A stretch of DNA of 64,000 nucleotides, from positions 132,004,766-132,068,765 of the forward strand of contig NC_092371.1 of NCBI RefSeq assembly GCF_030028105.1, given 5' to 3'. A program made the translations under genes and the position numbers. Within the stretch, counting starts at the first letter, position 1. Each line of letters opens with the position of its first letter. The notes below the pieces were generated by a model, which was not told the DNA's origin, made no database searches, and saw nothing but the letters and a program-made list of their open reading frames with translations. This document shows positions 50,049 to 63,909 of this stretch, one piece after another. The DNA is from Mobula birostris (lineage: Eukaryota).

Positions 50049-52830
50049 CTACAATTACAGTATTTAAAAGGCTTCTCGAAAGGAAAGTCGAAGGATGGGA
50101 TGTAATACTGTCAAATGGGATTAGCAAAGGTAAAGCTATTTGTGTACTGTATAACTCCACAACAATGCTTTGGGAACATGATTAGCACTTCTCTTTTATT
50201 GTTATCAAATCACAGCATAACACCATAACTAGACTGTGGCAATCCATTACCACCATCTGAAGCCAATTACAGAATCACTAAGATGTGACCAACATTTTGT
50301 GAGTGGAACATTTCAAAATGCAATTTGTAATCTGATCAAAATTCGTTCACTCACAAACTGTATATTCCCTTCCATTCTGCAGATAACGTAATAGAGAGGA
50401 CACGTTAGGCGACGTCAGATATACCACAAACATGGCCACCTGTAATGATAGAAACAAATCTGACTGCAGTTACAAGAGGGAGCTTCTTGATATGTGCCAC
50501 AGGGCAAGATTATCAGAGCCCTCTTTGAAAAGTCGCCTCAGTTGCCAAAGACTGCTCACCTAGTCAGTGTGGACTACATCACACAGGTCCGTGTCAGTCT
50601 GGAAATCAAGGCACGAAGGCCAAACGCATGGTTAACATGTGAAGTTGTCTGAGAGTCTGGGTACAAGGGGTGGAGGCCTGGGGTTGGCCTGCCCTGGAGT
50701 TGGAGGCTTGGCTGGGTGTGACTGGGTAGGTGGGAGGGATGGGAGGGGGCTTGTTTTGCTGATATTGCTGCTTGTAGTGTGTGGGAAACTGTTCCCGTGC
50801 TAATATTGGCAGCAGAATGTGTGGTGACACTCGCAGGCTGCCCCTGAACATCCCTGGGTGTGCTGGTTGTTAATGGACCTGACGCATTTCACTGTACGTT
50901 TCAATGTACAATGTGATAAATACATCTGAATCAACCTGGAAGCACAATAGACACAACCTTCAATCCATGACATCCCTGAGAAAGGTAGGGTGTGCCATCA
51001 ACAACTGCCTCTCAAAGTCCAACACTCCGTCCCTGTCATGAGAGGCAGAAATGGGTAAAGCAAGGCAACCAGGCTCTGGTGAAGCGGTATAGGCTAAGCC
51101 CCTGTACAGTGGGTACGATGGATTACAGAAACATTGATGAACTCCAACCATACTATCAGCTTTGATGATCTCTCATCTCCATCATCCAAGGCCTATGTTT
51201 CACTGGGAGCTAGGGCCCAAGAAGATGACACCCATGAACAACTATACATGTCATTTTAAAACTCACTAATTCCCTTGATTCCTTAGTACAGGAGGGCAAG
51301 TAAAGAACCCTTTCCAAATATGCCCAACTGTAGAAAATTGTCTCAATCTTATGTTTGTATCTTGATGGCATTCAAGCAATAACTAAGAGGTTCACAATGG
51401 AAGTGCAGACCAGTGTTAAACAAGACTGTGTCACCGCCCTGACATTTGAAGAAAATAACTTTCATTGTGGCAGTGCTGCACTCACATCCAACAAGCTTCT
51501 CTCGGAGTGAAACTAATGGGAAAGTGTTAAAATCACCTCTACTCCAGATCGAAAGTCACCCAACTTTCATCAATCTGTAGCATCTAGACATTAATTTATA
51601 TTCATACTCGGAAATTAATCTCCAAGTCATCAACTCATTCGCCAAACAAACCTCACATTTTTTGTCCACAAAATGAAAGTATTTTACCAATATGCCCCAG
51701 CTATATACAACAATGGTCCACAATGAGCCCCAGGAAACTGTGGATCATTCCCAATAGGAGCCACCTCTCACCATAGCCTTCAGTTAACCAGCACAGATGA
51801 GGGAGAGGCTGCTTGAAGATTCTGACTTCAAGACTGACACAAAACTCACTCAGGCAGCAATGAACCAAGTCCTACAATAACATATTAAGTAAAGAGGAGA
51901 CATAGGCGACTGCAGCTTTTGGAATTTAGAGCAACAAACTGTTGGAAGAACTCAACAGGTCAAGAAGCATTTTGGGAGGAAAAAAAGTTGTTACATTTCC
52001 TGTCAAACCTCTACATCAGGTTCAGTAACAATAAACTGCTGAGGGAGGGATAGTTTCTCTTCTCAAAGGTATTTTTCTCCGTTATACCTACACTGCATCT
52101 TTTCTGTAACTACATTACCTTTTGTTTCCTTTTCACTACCCAAAACGTACATTTGTATGAAAAGATCTGTATTGATGGCATACAAAAAGCTTTACACTGT
52201 ACCTTAATACATGTGACAATAATAAACTATATGATTAAACAGTGGGTCAGACAGCATCTATGGAGGTACATGAATACTGTCAGAGGCTTGGAACTTTACA
52301 ACATAGGAAACAGACCCAATTCATTCATACCAACCAAGGTGCCTAATTGCATAAATCCCATTTGCCCGCATCCCATTTGACTCACATCTCTATAAACCTT
52401 TCCTATCGACATTTCTGCCCCCAGCAACCTCGTAAATGTCATAAATGCACTGGTCTTTAACACTTCCTCTACTTACTCATTCAATGTATGCACCAACTTC
52501 TCTGTGGAAAGATGTCCCTCAGGTTCTTTTTGAGCCTTTCCCCTCTCAATTTAAACCAATGGATTGTATTTTAGGCTCCCCTATTCTGAAGAAAGAGAGA
52601 CCCTCGGGATCAATAAAGTATGACTATGACTATCAACTTACCTCACGTTTAATAAACCTCTGAGGTCACCCTAGATTCCAGTATCTGCAGTCTCATACGA
52701 GACTGAACACTGACCTTTGTTGAGGTGGGACAAACCTAGCCGGCTGGGGAAACCCTTGCGAATTTAAAGGGCCTAACTGAATTCAGAGACACCATGTTAA
52801 TTTTTTTCTCATCACGATTCCAAACCTTAC

Positions 52831-52931
52831 TTGCATATCTTGGCCGCCGCGTTGTTAGTCGCCACTCCGTAGAAGTTGAAGGAAACCGGGGCCGTGGCCT
52901 TCAAGGGATTGCGATGAAACCAGTGGGTCAT
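52831..52931 (-). CDS. BROX: BROX coding exon 1 (101 nt): [33 protein letters not shown]
   Basis: Manual minus-strand translation matches the recalled BROX N-terminus [21 protein letters not shown] at 52931, GT donor (gtaagg) at 52830. Confidence 0.95.
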
Positions 52932-53697
52932 TGTAGCGTTGCAATAGCTTGCCCAAAATCAACCACCACAAAACAGACCGCCCACCCCCGACCCGGCAGG
53001 AAGCTCCGTACGCAACTCCGCAGCGCGCTGGCGTCATCCGCCGCTCCAGACGTCACAGCTCATTGGCCAATGACCGAACACCCCCTTGCGTCTTTCAGCG
53101 TTTCTGTCTCTCTTTTGTTTCCCTTTAGTTGCAGGTAGATGCACTGTTTACTCCTTTACTGTAAAATAAAATAATCATGATGAACCACTGCCGTGCTCTG
53201 CCCAGGTCCCTCCGTTTCGCCTGACGTCATTCAGCAGTCTGTTTTCTCATTGGCTAGTTGATCCGTCCCGCCGGACGCTCGCCAGCTCGTAGTTCGAGTT
53301 GTTTACAGTTACCTCACCTCAACCATCGCGTCACCTGCCGCCTCAACCTAACTTGTAAGTGCGCGGTTAGAACGTCGGCGAAGGGGCGGGAGTGAATAGT
53401 GATGGACTACCGACCAAACCATCAGATTTGCAAAAGGCCAATACGTGCGGGCTGAGGGTCCAATAGGACCGGCGCACAGTGGAGCGGGCGGGGAAGAGGG
53501 CGGGACTTATAGCTATCAGACTAGGTTGGCTTTGGATCGGCTTCCACACACGGCTCAGATGGGCTTGGTCACTGGCTGGGTTTGGTACTGGTTGGAGTCT
53601 GTGACTTGACAATGTTACGTTGGGACTAGTTTATAACCCGAGCCCAGATGTTAACCCGATATCGTTTGGGACCATAATATTTGTGCATTATTTTAAA
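52932..53697. promoter_or_regulatory. CpG-rich bidirectional promoter / 5' UTR region shared by BROX and AIDA
   Basis: High CpG density. Full CRE TGACGTCA at 53222-53229 and a near-CRE at 53048-53055. Palindromic double CCAAT CATTGGCCAATG at 53061-53072, further CCAAT boxes at 53249, 53438 and 53460. GC boxes at ~53382, ~53486 and ~53498. Confidence 0.8.
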
Positions 53698-53804
53698 ATG
53701 ACTGATATTAATAAAATGATTCAAAAATGGCACGCAAGTTTCAAAAAGGGTACAGACTTCGATTCCTGGGGACAGTTAGTGGAAGCTATCGACGAGTACC
53801 AAAT
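53698..53804 (+). CDS. AIDA: AIDA (axin interactor, dorsalization-associated) coding exon 1 (107 nt): MTDINKMIQKWHASFKKGTDFDSWGQLVEAIDEYQ
   Basis: DFDSWGQLVEAIDEYQ matches the recalled AIDA N-terminus; GTGAGT donor at 53805; head-to-head with BROX as in other vertebrates. Confidence 0.93.
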
Positions 53805-55139
53805 GTGAGTTACGACTAATCCTGTTCAATTAACCGTTTGAGCTATTATTGACCTAACTCTTCTGAGAAAAAAATACATTTCTTGAAATGTAGAATTGAG
53901 TTGGAACTTCTTAACAGAAAATGCCGAAGATCATTCCAGTGTTTGAATTTGGAAGAAGCAGAGCCATGTTCAGTTTATTCTGCATCCACACCCTCTTTTG
54001 TTATGGGTGGAGACAGTAGAATCTGTTGATGCTCGCTTAGTTTTGAAAGAAAATAGTTGTATTTTTTGTTTGTTTGGAATAAAGTTTACATTTATTTATT
54101 TGTTTTGAAGATCTGCTTTCACATCAGTTTCTTTATCCTGGACGAAGGTCTTACATGGATTTACCTACAAATGAATTCTACAGTTAAACGTGGCTGTAGA
54201 TTAGCTATATGCCAGGTTGTTTGGAAAATGCAGCGCCATCTGTATTAGATCTATAAAACTGGGAAGATACTGACAATAATTTGTGGTTTTGGTATGCTTA
54301 TGCAATGTTCACTTTATATATCGCTCCCTTAATAGTTACCTAACATGTTTCTTTAGGTTCTCCTTGTTTATATGCCGTATGTAAGACTAGCTCTTTCTTT
54401 CTCACTATATGAAAAGTTGAAATGCTATCTAGTTCCAAATTATTTATTTGGGGCAATTTGGACTGAAGTGGTTTCTGACCTTAATGGTGATAGAGGGTGT
54501 TTCTGCTTTTCGTCCCCACTCTGGTAATTCGCAACTAGATTTGTGGAATTTGTAGTTTGGGTTACTGTGGGTGAGGTAGTGTATTTGATGCTTACAGCTT
54601 GGGATGTGTGGAGATGTAATCTTCAGAGATGTTCAGTGGGGTCTGGAAGTGAGTACCAAAACTGGATTATCATTTGAGATTATGAACTGTTCCAGAATTT
54701 TTTAAAAATCTGAATTTGTGCTGGGAAAACAATGTTAGATTTAATGTTGCTTTATATTATGCAAATACATGCAGTGATGATGCAGTATATAGACTTGTGT
54801 TTCAGCAGAAGTGATGGGATTATTTATTTATTAGTAAACTTTCGAAGTTTAGATTCAGAAAGTTCATATAAAAAAAGTAGCAGTTACTCTTGTGGCCAGT
54901 ATCTTTGTAACGTGTTTCCAGTATATATTGGCTGGTCTGTAAGGTATTTTCCTCAAAACAGGAAATGGGTGTGCAACCTCTTTTTACAGGAAGGTTTTGT
55001 AGTGGACTATTCCTGGAAATGTCCTCTCTGCCACATCTTTCCCTAATTGGTAAATATAGATGAATCCCAAGATGGACAGGACAGGGCTGAATAGTATTTA
55101 GGATTAATAATTGTGGAAACAGGAGTAGAATTATACTTT

Positions 55140-57400
55140 GCCAATTTGACTACTGAAATAATTGACACCTTGCTTGGGGTTCTAATCCTCCACAATTATG
55201 GAGTACTAAATCTACAGCAGCATTCTATCATTACCCTGACTGATGTTGGCTAACTCCATTCAGATCAACAGCAGAATCTGAGCCAAGTGCCTAAAGAGCC
55301 ATTTCATAACTCTTTATAAATATGGATTCCACTGAGAAATAAAGACTCTGAAAGATATTGAAGATAGCATTAGGTTGAAAGAAAAAGCTTTTAACATTCA
55401 GAAGATTAGTGGTAAACCAGAATATTGGTAGCTTTTTAAAAAAATAAGCTTAAGTGAGTTTTGTATCAAATTACAGTAGAAATATAAAGGGGGAGAGAGA
55501 TGGACAAAAACATTTTAAAACTGAGATGAGAAGGGATTTCTTCAGCCAGAGGGTGGTGAATTTGTTGCTGTGGAAGGCTGTGGTGGCCAAGTCATTTGGT
55601 ATATTTAGAAATAGATGTTTTTTTGATTTGTTAGGGGGTGGGGTTAAGGGTTACAGAGAAAGGCAGGAGAATGGGGTTAAAAATTAGCCATGATTGAATG
55701 ATGGGACAGACTGGATGAGCTGAATAGGTTAATTCTGCTCCTATCTAGTGGACTTGGGAGCAGATGTAGGCTACTCAGCCTGTCAAGGCTGCCCTCCATT
55801 CAATATAATCATGGCCAGTTTGTCTTGGGCCTCATTCCCTCTTCTCTGTCAGTTCCTATCATCTTTTAAGAAAAACATTCAGTATTTCTACTTTAAATGC
55901 ATCTAATGATCTATCTTCCATAACTATCCAGAGTAGAGAATTCCATGGATTTGCCACCTCTGTGAAAGGCCCGCTTTAAATAAATAACCTCTAATCTTGT
56001 AAGTATGTACTCTCATTTGAGCCTGTCAGACCTTTTAAGGATTTTATATGTTTCAATAGGATCAGTCTTCTAAACTCCAAAAAATAAAGCTTTATTATCT
56101 TTAGCTGCTCGTGATTGGAGAACTGTCTCGACATGAGACTTAACCTACGAAGCAGAGAGTCAAGCTAAAAGGGTCATTTTTGGGTTGATGATCTATTGAA
56201 GGGATTTCTTAACTATCTTCAATCTATGTTAAAGACTTGAATGAAGGGAACAAGGGTTTTGCAACTAAAGTTGGTGGGAAAATGGATAATGAGAGAGGGA
56301 TAGAAGTTAAATTAGCGAAGGGATAGAAAACATTGGTACATGAAGAACAATGTAGGGAAATGTGAAGTTACACACTTAGGGAGTACGAATAGAAAAGCAG
56401 ATGGTCTTTTAAATTTAGAGGGACTGCAGGATATTCAATCAAGGAGCATTCAGTGTTTACATACACAAAGCATGGACAGGCAATAATTAGATAGGCAAAT
56501 AGAATGGTGTATTAAAGTGGAGAGCTCTTGCTAGAACTACAAGGTCTTACTGACACCATGCAAGAACTATGCTGATCAGTTCTGGTTTTCTTCCTTTTAA
56601 GGGGAGATGTTCTTACTTTGGAGATGGTTGGAGAAGGCTCACTAGGTTCATAGAAGACAAAAGAGACTATACCTTTTCGAATCTGGAACAAAAAGCAGAT
56701 CTCAGCAGGTCACTAGGTCTGTTCCTGGGATGGAGGGGTAAATGTACAAAGGAGGATTGAGTAGGTTAGGCCCATAGTCACTGCATTACAGAGGAAAGAG
56801 TAATGATCTTATTTACATAGGGGACTTGACAAGGTGGATGTGTAGCCTCACAGGGAATTTAAAATCAGGGGAGATAGTCTCATAATTGAAGAACACTTGT
56901 TTAAGGGGGAGGTAAGGATGAATTTCTTCTCGCTGATCAGTAATCTGGGGAAACTGTCTCAGATTTGTATCAATAAATATATGCAAAGATTAATTTTATT
57001 ATTAAAGTGTGTAACTCTGAAATTCTTTTTCTCCAAATAGCCACGAAATCAGAGGAAAAAAAAGCAAAGAAAGCCAGCATGATCATCAACTCCCAATTCT
57101 CTCCTTCCCGCACAAAATCAGACAAAAACAGAACAAGCACATCAATCTCCAAATCCCTCTCACCAGCACACAAACAAAAGGAGAAAGATTGGGTGAAAAA
57201 CACAGAATATAAAAAACTAAAAGACTGTCCAAGTCTTATAGTCAGGGTCCATATCCAAAATGCAGAAAGCCAGTACTCAGTCCCAGTGGCAAGGTGAGGG
57301 GACTGGGCAGGAAAGTGGAGCTGAGGCCAAGATTAGGTTGACTGTGATCTTATTGAATGAGTGGTGCAGGAGGCTCAAGCTGCCATTTCCTCTTTATCAT
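55140..57400. mobile_element. Cluster of degenerate CR1 fragments in both orientations, with a nested insertion at ~56972-57290
   Basis: FFSQRVVNL motif at ~55540, an inverted 3' end at ~55760-56100, RT remnants at 56150-56970. Confidence 0.55.
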
Positions 57401-57829
57401 TTTGTTCTCAAGACATGCTATTTGTTAATTAAAACTGCCAACTCCAAGGAGTATGCTTTTTTCAGACATTTGTGGAATGAGAACGAATTGCTTGAACAAG
57501 CACACTTTATGCCTAATCTTTCAGCTGTGTTATAGTATTAGCAGCATTCTACCCTCGGTGAGATATTCTTTCAGCTAAACAACCTGAGATTTATTGTAGA
57601 GTATTGTACTTTTTCTCTGTACTTTTCACTGAAGCACAATGCTCGGTTTGAGTTGAGAATGCCATCCAAGCTTCTGCTAACGTTTCTGAGCTGATGGGAA
57701 TAATTATCGAGTTTAATGTTCAGTACGCCATATACATGTATTTTTCCGTTTATGAGAATTGTTCTGTTCATGGTTTGTCACATCAAATTTTTAAGAGATA
57801 ACCATTTTATAAAAATCATGTTCACACAG

Positions 57830-57899
57830 ATTAGCCAGGCATTTGCAGAAGGAAGTGCAGTCAACGGCCAGTTCTTCTGAACTCTCAGAGGATCAAAAG
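57830..57899 (+). CDS. AIDA: AIDA coding exon 2 (70 nt): (I)LARHLQKEVQSTASSSELSEDQK; the gene continues beyond the window
   Basis: CAG acceptor and GTAAGT donor, phase matches exon 1; LARHLQKE matches AIDA. Confidence 0.92.
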
Positions 57900-58864
57900 G
57901 TAAGTAGTGTAGCATCACAAGGACCACTAATGTTACCTGGTATTCCATGTCTTGGTGCTTTCTGCTTTCAGTATTTTGGCAAAACAGATCAGATGTTCCT
58001 TCTGCATTGTGATTGCAATGATCACAAGTAAAGATTTTTGGCATTTGTCCATACAGAAGTGTAAAGGAGAACGGAATAATAGTTATTCCAAATCAGATGC
58101 TGCATATAAAAATATAAGTGTAGAGAATGCAATAAATAGAAGTACATGAAATTAGCTTGTATTCTGATCGTATGTCTAAGAGCTCTGCTTCAAAATACAC
58201 AACAATGACTTAATTATTTTACTTCAAAAATTACCCTCCAAAGACAGAGGTTTTGCAAGAGTGTGGAATGCTTATATACTGTCTGGCTCTGTATCTCACT
58301 GTGCTGTGTGGGAATCCATAACAGGCTCATTAGTGTATATTCCTTGATATTTCATTAATTAGCTGCCTGAGGTTTAGTTAAGGTTTATGTTTGTTTGAAT
58401 ATCTTGCTTTGTGTAAGAAGAAAACTCTGCTTTTAATTTGCAATTTCCCTTTTCATTTCATTTTTGTCCTTCTCATGCTTGCAGTCTTCATGTGCTGACT
58501 TCCACCTTTACTTTACTTTATTGTCGCCAAACAATTGATACTAGAGCGTACAGTCATCACAGTGATATTTTATTCTGCGCTTCGTGCTCCCTGGATTACA
58601 AGTCGATAGTAAATATTAAAAATTTAAATTATAAATCATAAATAGAAAGTAAAGGGAAAGTAAGGTAAACCTTGGCAAAATTCTAGAGTTGCTAGCATCC
58701 CTTGAATACTAAACCCAAGTAGCATTTCTTCATGCAAGTCTATTTGCTTCTTTCAGCTATTTGTGAGGGCTCTGTGTATTTTGTTTTATTAGTCATTCAT
58801 GGCAAGACAAGAATCTTCTGCCTATCCCTACTCAAACTTGAGAAGATGATGGTGAGCTAGGCCT

Positions 58865-59423
58865 GACTGTAGTTTGAGTGAGGCGGTCCGTCTGTCAGGG
58901 TCAACCATGGATGTTGTGTCCTGACTATCTAGATATGCAAGCCTGGGCAATACGATATTGAGAGCAAGCTATTGCCCATGCAGCAAGCTTCCCCCTCTCC
59001 ACGCATCTCATGAACCCAAAGGAACGGCAGAGGCCGATACGGTTTGGTATCAGCCGTATCACGAGGTTGCCAGTCAGCATTGAACTCAAGATAAGACTGT
59101 CTTAGGGACTCCAGCTCTGGATTTTGCCTTCTGGGTTTACTCCCAAAGCATTTCCCATGAGTGGGTATAGTCGCAGGACAGCAGAGGTTTGAGACGAAAT
59201 TTTTCCTTCTGCTGGATGAGCTACCAACCATGACTGACGAGCCCCGTCTACCTGGTTTATGGCACCAGTAATGTGCCTTTGCTCCTTCTCCTGTCAGTAG
59301 AAACTGTTCCGCAGGGCTTAGTAGCTAAGCCATACGTGAAGGCCAGGAGCTGAACTTGGTTGTTAGAGGGTATTTGAGGCATACGCCATTGGGAACATTT
59401 AATAGGTAGTGGGAGCTTGTCCC
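58865..59423. repeat. Dispersed repeat (possibly RTE-derived); resumes at ~63910-63945 after the Gypsy insertion; an inverted partial copy lies at ~1745-1865
   Basis: 58905-59004 is the reverse complement of ~1745-1845. Family assignment is uncertain. Confidence 0.5.
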
Positions 59424-62400
59424 TGTAATATATGAATCTATTTCTTTTAGAGCAATGACACCCCTCCCCTTAGCACTACATATTGATCTGTCATCTGTGC
59501 ATGCGCTGTTTGTGCAGGCACATTGCTGTCTCTCTCACACTTGCTGCACTGTGAATACAGCAGTTAAAACCATCCCCTGCATGTGTGCTTTTATTTAATT
59601 GCTATGTAGTTGTGTACAGACACAACAAATTGGTGACTAGTATGAACCTGAATGTCAGATAACTGCACTGAAAGTTATGGGACAAAACAGTGAGGGTTAA
59701 AGTGCAAGAGAAAGCAGAAGGATGCGTGAGTAATAGTGAAAAATGCGCTGAATTTAAACTGGAAATAACGGGGTGATGGCTTCAGTCGGGAAAGTTGACA
59801 AATTTGATAGCACTGGGAGTTGTATGTTGAGAGGGTTGAACTGTATTGTAATGCAAACTATCTGGAGGAGCAAAAGAAAGCCCCTACACATCTTAGCGTA
59901 ATGGGCCCAAGAACAAACAGCCTGTTTGTGACTTAGTAACTGCTGCAAAGTCAGCAAGCAGGACATTTGATGAAATTGTTACAATTTTACAAAATCACTT
60001 GAGCCCTAAACCGCTGGTTATAGCTGAGAGGTTTAAATTTTACAAAAAGGACCAGTCAAAAAATGAAAGCATTTCTGAATAGATTACAGAATTCTGTCAG
60101 CTTTCCCAGTACTGTGACTTTAAAGATGGACTTAATGATGCATTAAGGGACAGGCTTGTATGTGGCATGCATAGTCAAAGCACTCAAAAGTGGCTACTAT
60201 CTGAAAGAGACCTAACCTTAGAATGGGCATTGACCATTGCAATATTGCTAGAGACTGCAGTAGAGGATGTAGTAGAACTACAGAAAAGGAAGTTAGAATG
60301 TGAAATGCACAAAATGCCCCTGGATGCAAAAAGCCAAAAATTTATTTATGTGGCAAATGCTCCTATGATGCAAATGACTGTTGGTTCAAAGAAAAAGTCT
60401 GCAGAAAATGTCACAGAGAGAATGTGCAAGGCAGACAAAAAGCACAACTGAGTGAAAATTCTCCAACAAAAAACTAAGCAAATGCATATAGAGTTACCAA
60501 ATGTAAAACAGAATCGGACAACATTGAGTCTGACAAAGATGAACTGTCATGCATAGAACTGAACAGTATAAGGATAGAAGAAGATCACAAAATCATCTGG
60601 GTCACATAGATGTGTCTGGTGTAAAACTGCCCATAATTCCAGAAGCTGACTACAACAGACTGTTTTCTGAGATACCATTAGAGAAGACCTCAGTGATGTT
60701 AAGGAGTTACACAGGTGAAGAAGTGTCTGCCAGAGGCAAATTGAAAGTAAATGTGACCTATGGAGGCCAAATACAACAGTTAAAGCTTCATGTATTGAAA
60801 AGTGGAGGGTCAGCACTTCTCGGATGTGAATGGTTGAGAAAAATCCAACTAGATTGGCACTCAATTAAAGCTCTCAGTGTGACATCAACAGGCAACAGCA
60901 GCCCAAATGGTAGCTCTAACCAGAGACTAGCACAGCTGCTTAATGCTAATGAGAAGCGGGTTGGTCAACTCAAAAGGCATGAAGGCCAGAATTGAATTGG
61001 ATGAAACAGCAACACCAAAATTCCATAAAGCACGTCCAGTGCCTTACCCACTATGTCCTTAAGTGGATGCTGAAGTGTAGAGCTTAGAGGCGTCTGGAAT
61101 TTTCTCAGGGTTGAATAAAGCGACTGGTCCATGCCCATTGTCCCGATGATCAAGAAAGAGAAGGCTAGAGCCGTATGCATATGTGGTGATTTTAAGGTGA
61201 GCATCAACCTGGTGTTGCATACTGTGCAGTATCCCCTGCCATGAATAGAAGACATTTTCCCATCTTTGGTAGGCGGAGAGAGATTTTCAAAGATTGACTT
61301 GTCACAAGCTTTTCAGCAAATGGAGATTAAGGAGTCAAGCAGGAAGTTCCTCCCAGTCAACACTCACAAGGGACTGTTCCAGTATAATCGTCTTATCTTC
61401 GGCATCGCATCAGCTCCAGCAATTAGGCAAAGAGCAGTGGACCAGATGCTACAAGATAACTCATGAACACAATGTTACCTTGATGACATCATCGTGACTG
61501 GCAAAAATGATGAAGAGCACCTCCAGAACCTTGGTAAAGTGCTTACCAGGCTGAGTGAGCATAGTCCGTGTGCAAAGAGAGAGAAGTGTGAATTTTTCAA
61601 GAATGAAATCTCATATTGTGGGCATGTCATTGACAGGCATAGCTTACATAAGTCGCAAGAGAAGACTGAAGCAGTGCTACAGGCACTCAAGCTGTCACAA
61701 CTCAGGTCATACGTGGGTCTTGTAAACTACTATCACTGGTTTCTCCCAAACATTGCTACAGTGCTGCACCCATTGAACACACTGTTACAGACTGGAACAA
61801 AGTAGGAGTGGTCAGAAGGATGCGAAAAAGCATTCAAGGAAACAAAGAGATTAATAACATCCGATGAACTGCTCACCCACTATGACCCATCCCTGCCCAA
61901 CAAACTGGTGTGCAATGCATCCCCTTATGGCATTGGAGCCATTTTGTCACACATTATGAAAGATGGATCTGAATCCCCAATTGCATCTGCCTCAAGATCA
62001 CTGATGAGCACAGAATGCAACTACGTACAGATTAACCAAGAGGCACTTAGTCTAGTGTGGGGAATAAAGAAATTTCACCACTACCCTACAGAGAAAGGTT
62101 TACTTTAGTGACAGATCACCAGCTCCTTGTGTCCATTTTCAATCTCAGGAAGGGAACCCCAGTGATGACTGCTATCCGGTTATAACGTTGGGCACTATCC
62201 TGGGAGCCTACTCTTATGACATAGAATCCAAGAGTACCAAACAAAACAGCAACACTGAGTTGTCACATCTTCCATAATTGGCAACTGAAGAAGAAAAGTC
62301 TTCATACTGTGACCCAGCAGTAGTGTCCAACACTGCATTGGTTGTCCAGTTGCCGGTAACAAATTCCAAAATACAAAGATAAATGAGGAGTGACCTGAAA

Positions 62401-63909
62401 TTGTCAAAAGTCTATGAAATCACCATGCAAGGTTGGCCAGCTCATGGTAACCCTATTTCCAGATCTCTGAGCGAGGTGAGACCAACTGTCGCTATGTCAA
62501 AGAACACTAATGTGTGGATACCTTGTGGTTCCCTCTAAACTGTGCACTAGAGTGTTAAAAAAATCTGCATGGAGGAAACCTGGGTACAGTCAAGATGAAG
62601 AGTCTCACCCGGATCTAGGTGTGATGCTTAGGGATAGACAAACAGATTGAAGTCTTGGCCAAAAGCAGTTCAGGATGCCAAAAAGTTCAAAATGCATCCT
62701 TACAGGCACTTTTACACCCAAGGGAGTGACCGTTGTCACCGTGACAGAGTATGTATTGACTTTGCTGGGCATTCATGGACTCCATGTTTCTGATTGCTGT
62801 TTCAAAATGGCCGGAGTTTATGCCAATTAAGTCAACCACCTTAGCGAAGACTAACTCCATTCTGAGGACTACCTTTGCCAGAAGTGACTCACCAGACCAA
62901 ATTGTGAGTGACAACGGACCACAATACATGTCAGAAGAATTCCGACTGTTCATGAAGAAAAAATGGCATCAGACATTTCAAGTTGACTCCTCACTACCCA
63001 GCAATGAATGGGTTAGCTGAAAGGTTTATCCAGACCTTCACGAAGTCCATTAAGTGATGGACAAGGAGGACATTTCTCTACAGCACAAGGTGGACAACTT
63101 CCTTTTTGTGTATTGGAACTCTGATGACAAATCAAGCACTTGCAATGCTGTTCATGAGCAGGAATATGCGATCTCATGTAGACCTCCTGAAAGCAAACCT
63201 GCAGAGGGAAATGCTGAATAAATAATTAATCCAGTTGCCAAGCGAAGCAGCAAGGAGATTCGAGATTGGACAGGAAGTCCAAGTGCGTTATCACCGAGCA
63301 CACAGGTGGGCACCTGGTAGGATAGCTACAAGAACTGAACCACTGACATACACAGTGAATGTCGGAGATCAGACATGGGGTCATCATGTGGACCAGATAC
63401 TGGATGCTCAACTGAAGAGCACACCTGAGTTGATTGCATCCAACAAGACGGACACATTGCAGTCATCGTAACACCAGAAACTGAGAACGTTGTCTTAGAC
63501 AGGACACCTACCAAACTGATGCCACTCCACAGCTCCTGAGGCGCTATCCTGAAAGGAGCAGAGTGCCACCAGAAAGACTGAACCTTTAGAACTGTGAAGT
63601 TAGTTATGGACTGTTATTTTGAAAGCATGTTTATTAGGAATAGGGGTTTATGAAAGGGAAATTGAGTATTTTTATATATATATACAATTTTGTGGTGCAT
63701 TAATCTAAAGGGGCAGGGAGTGTAATGTATGGATCTATTTCTTTTAGAGCAATGAGCCCCCCTGCCCCTTAGCACTACGTATTGATCCATTGTCTGCACA
63801 TGTGCATTGCTCTGTCTCTCTCGTTGCAATGTTAATAAACTAGTTAAAGCCGTCTCCTGCGTGTGTGCTTTTATTTAACATATACATGTAGTTGTGCACT
63901 AACACAACA
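59424..63909 (+). mobile_element. Degenerate Gypsy/Ty3 LTR retrotransposon provirus in AIDA intron 2
   Basis: LTRs 59424-59627 and 63721-63909 (TG...CA), PBS-like tggtgac at 59631, PPT aaaggggcagggag at 63707-63720. Contains a gag remnant, RT (CGDFK, FSKIDL, YLDD), RNase H (CNASPYGIGAIL) and integrase (VSDNGPQ), with many stops and frameshifts. Confidence 0.93.

Noticed and set aside
52794-53612. ORFs at 52794-53138 (+), 52855-53037 (-) and 53367-53612 (-)
   Set aside because: Stop-poor GC-rich promoter DNA or the wrong frame/strand of BROX exon 1; no homology recognised.
57900-59423. Search for AIDA exon 3 (expected KTIGKIATCLELR-like peptide)
   Set aside because: No matching peptide with splice sites was seen; the exon probably lies beyond the window.
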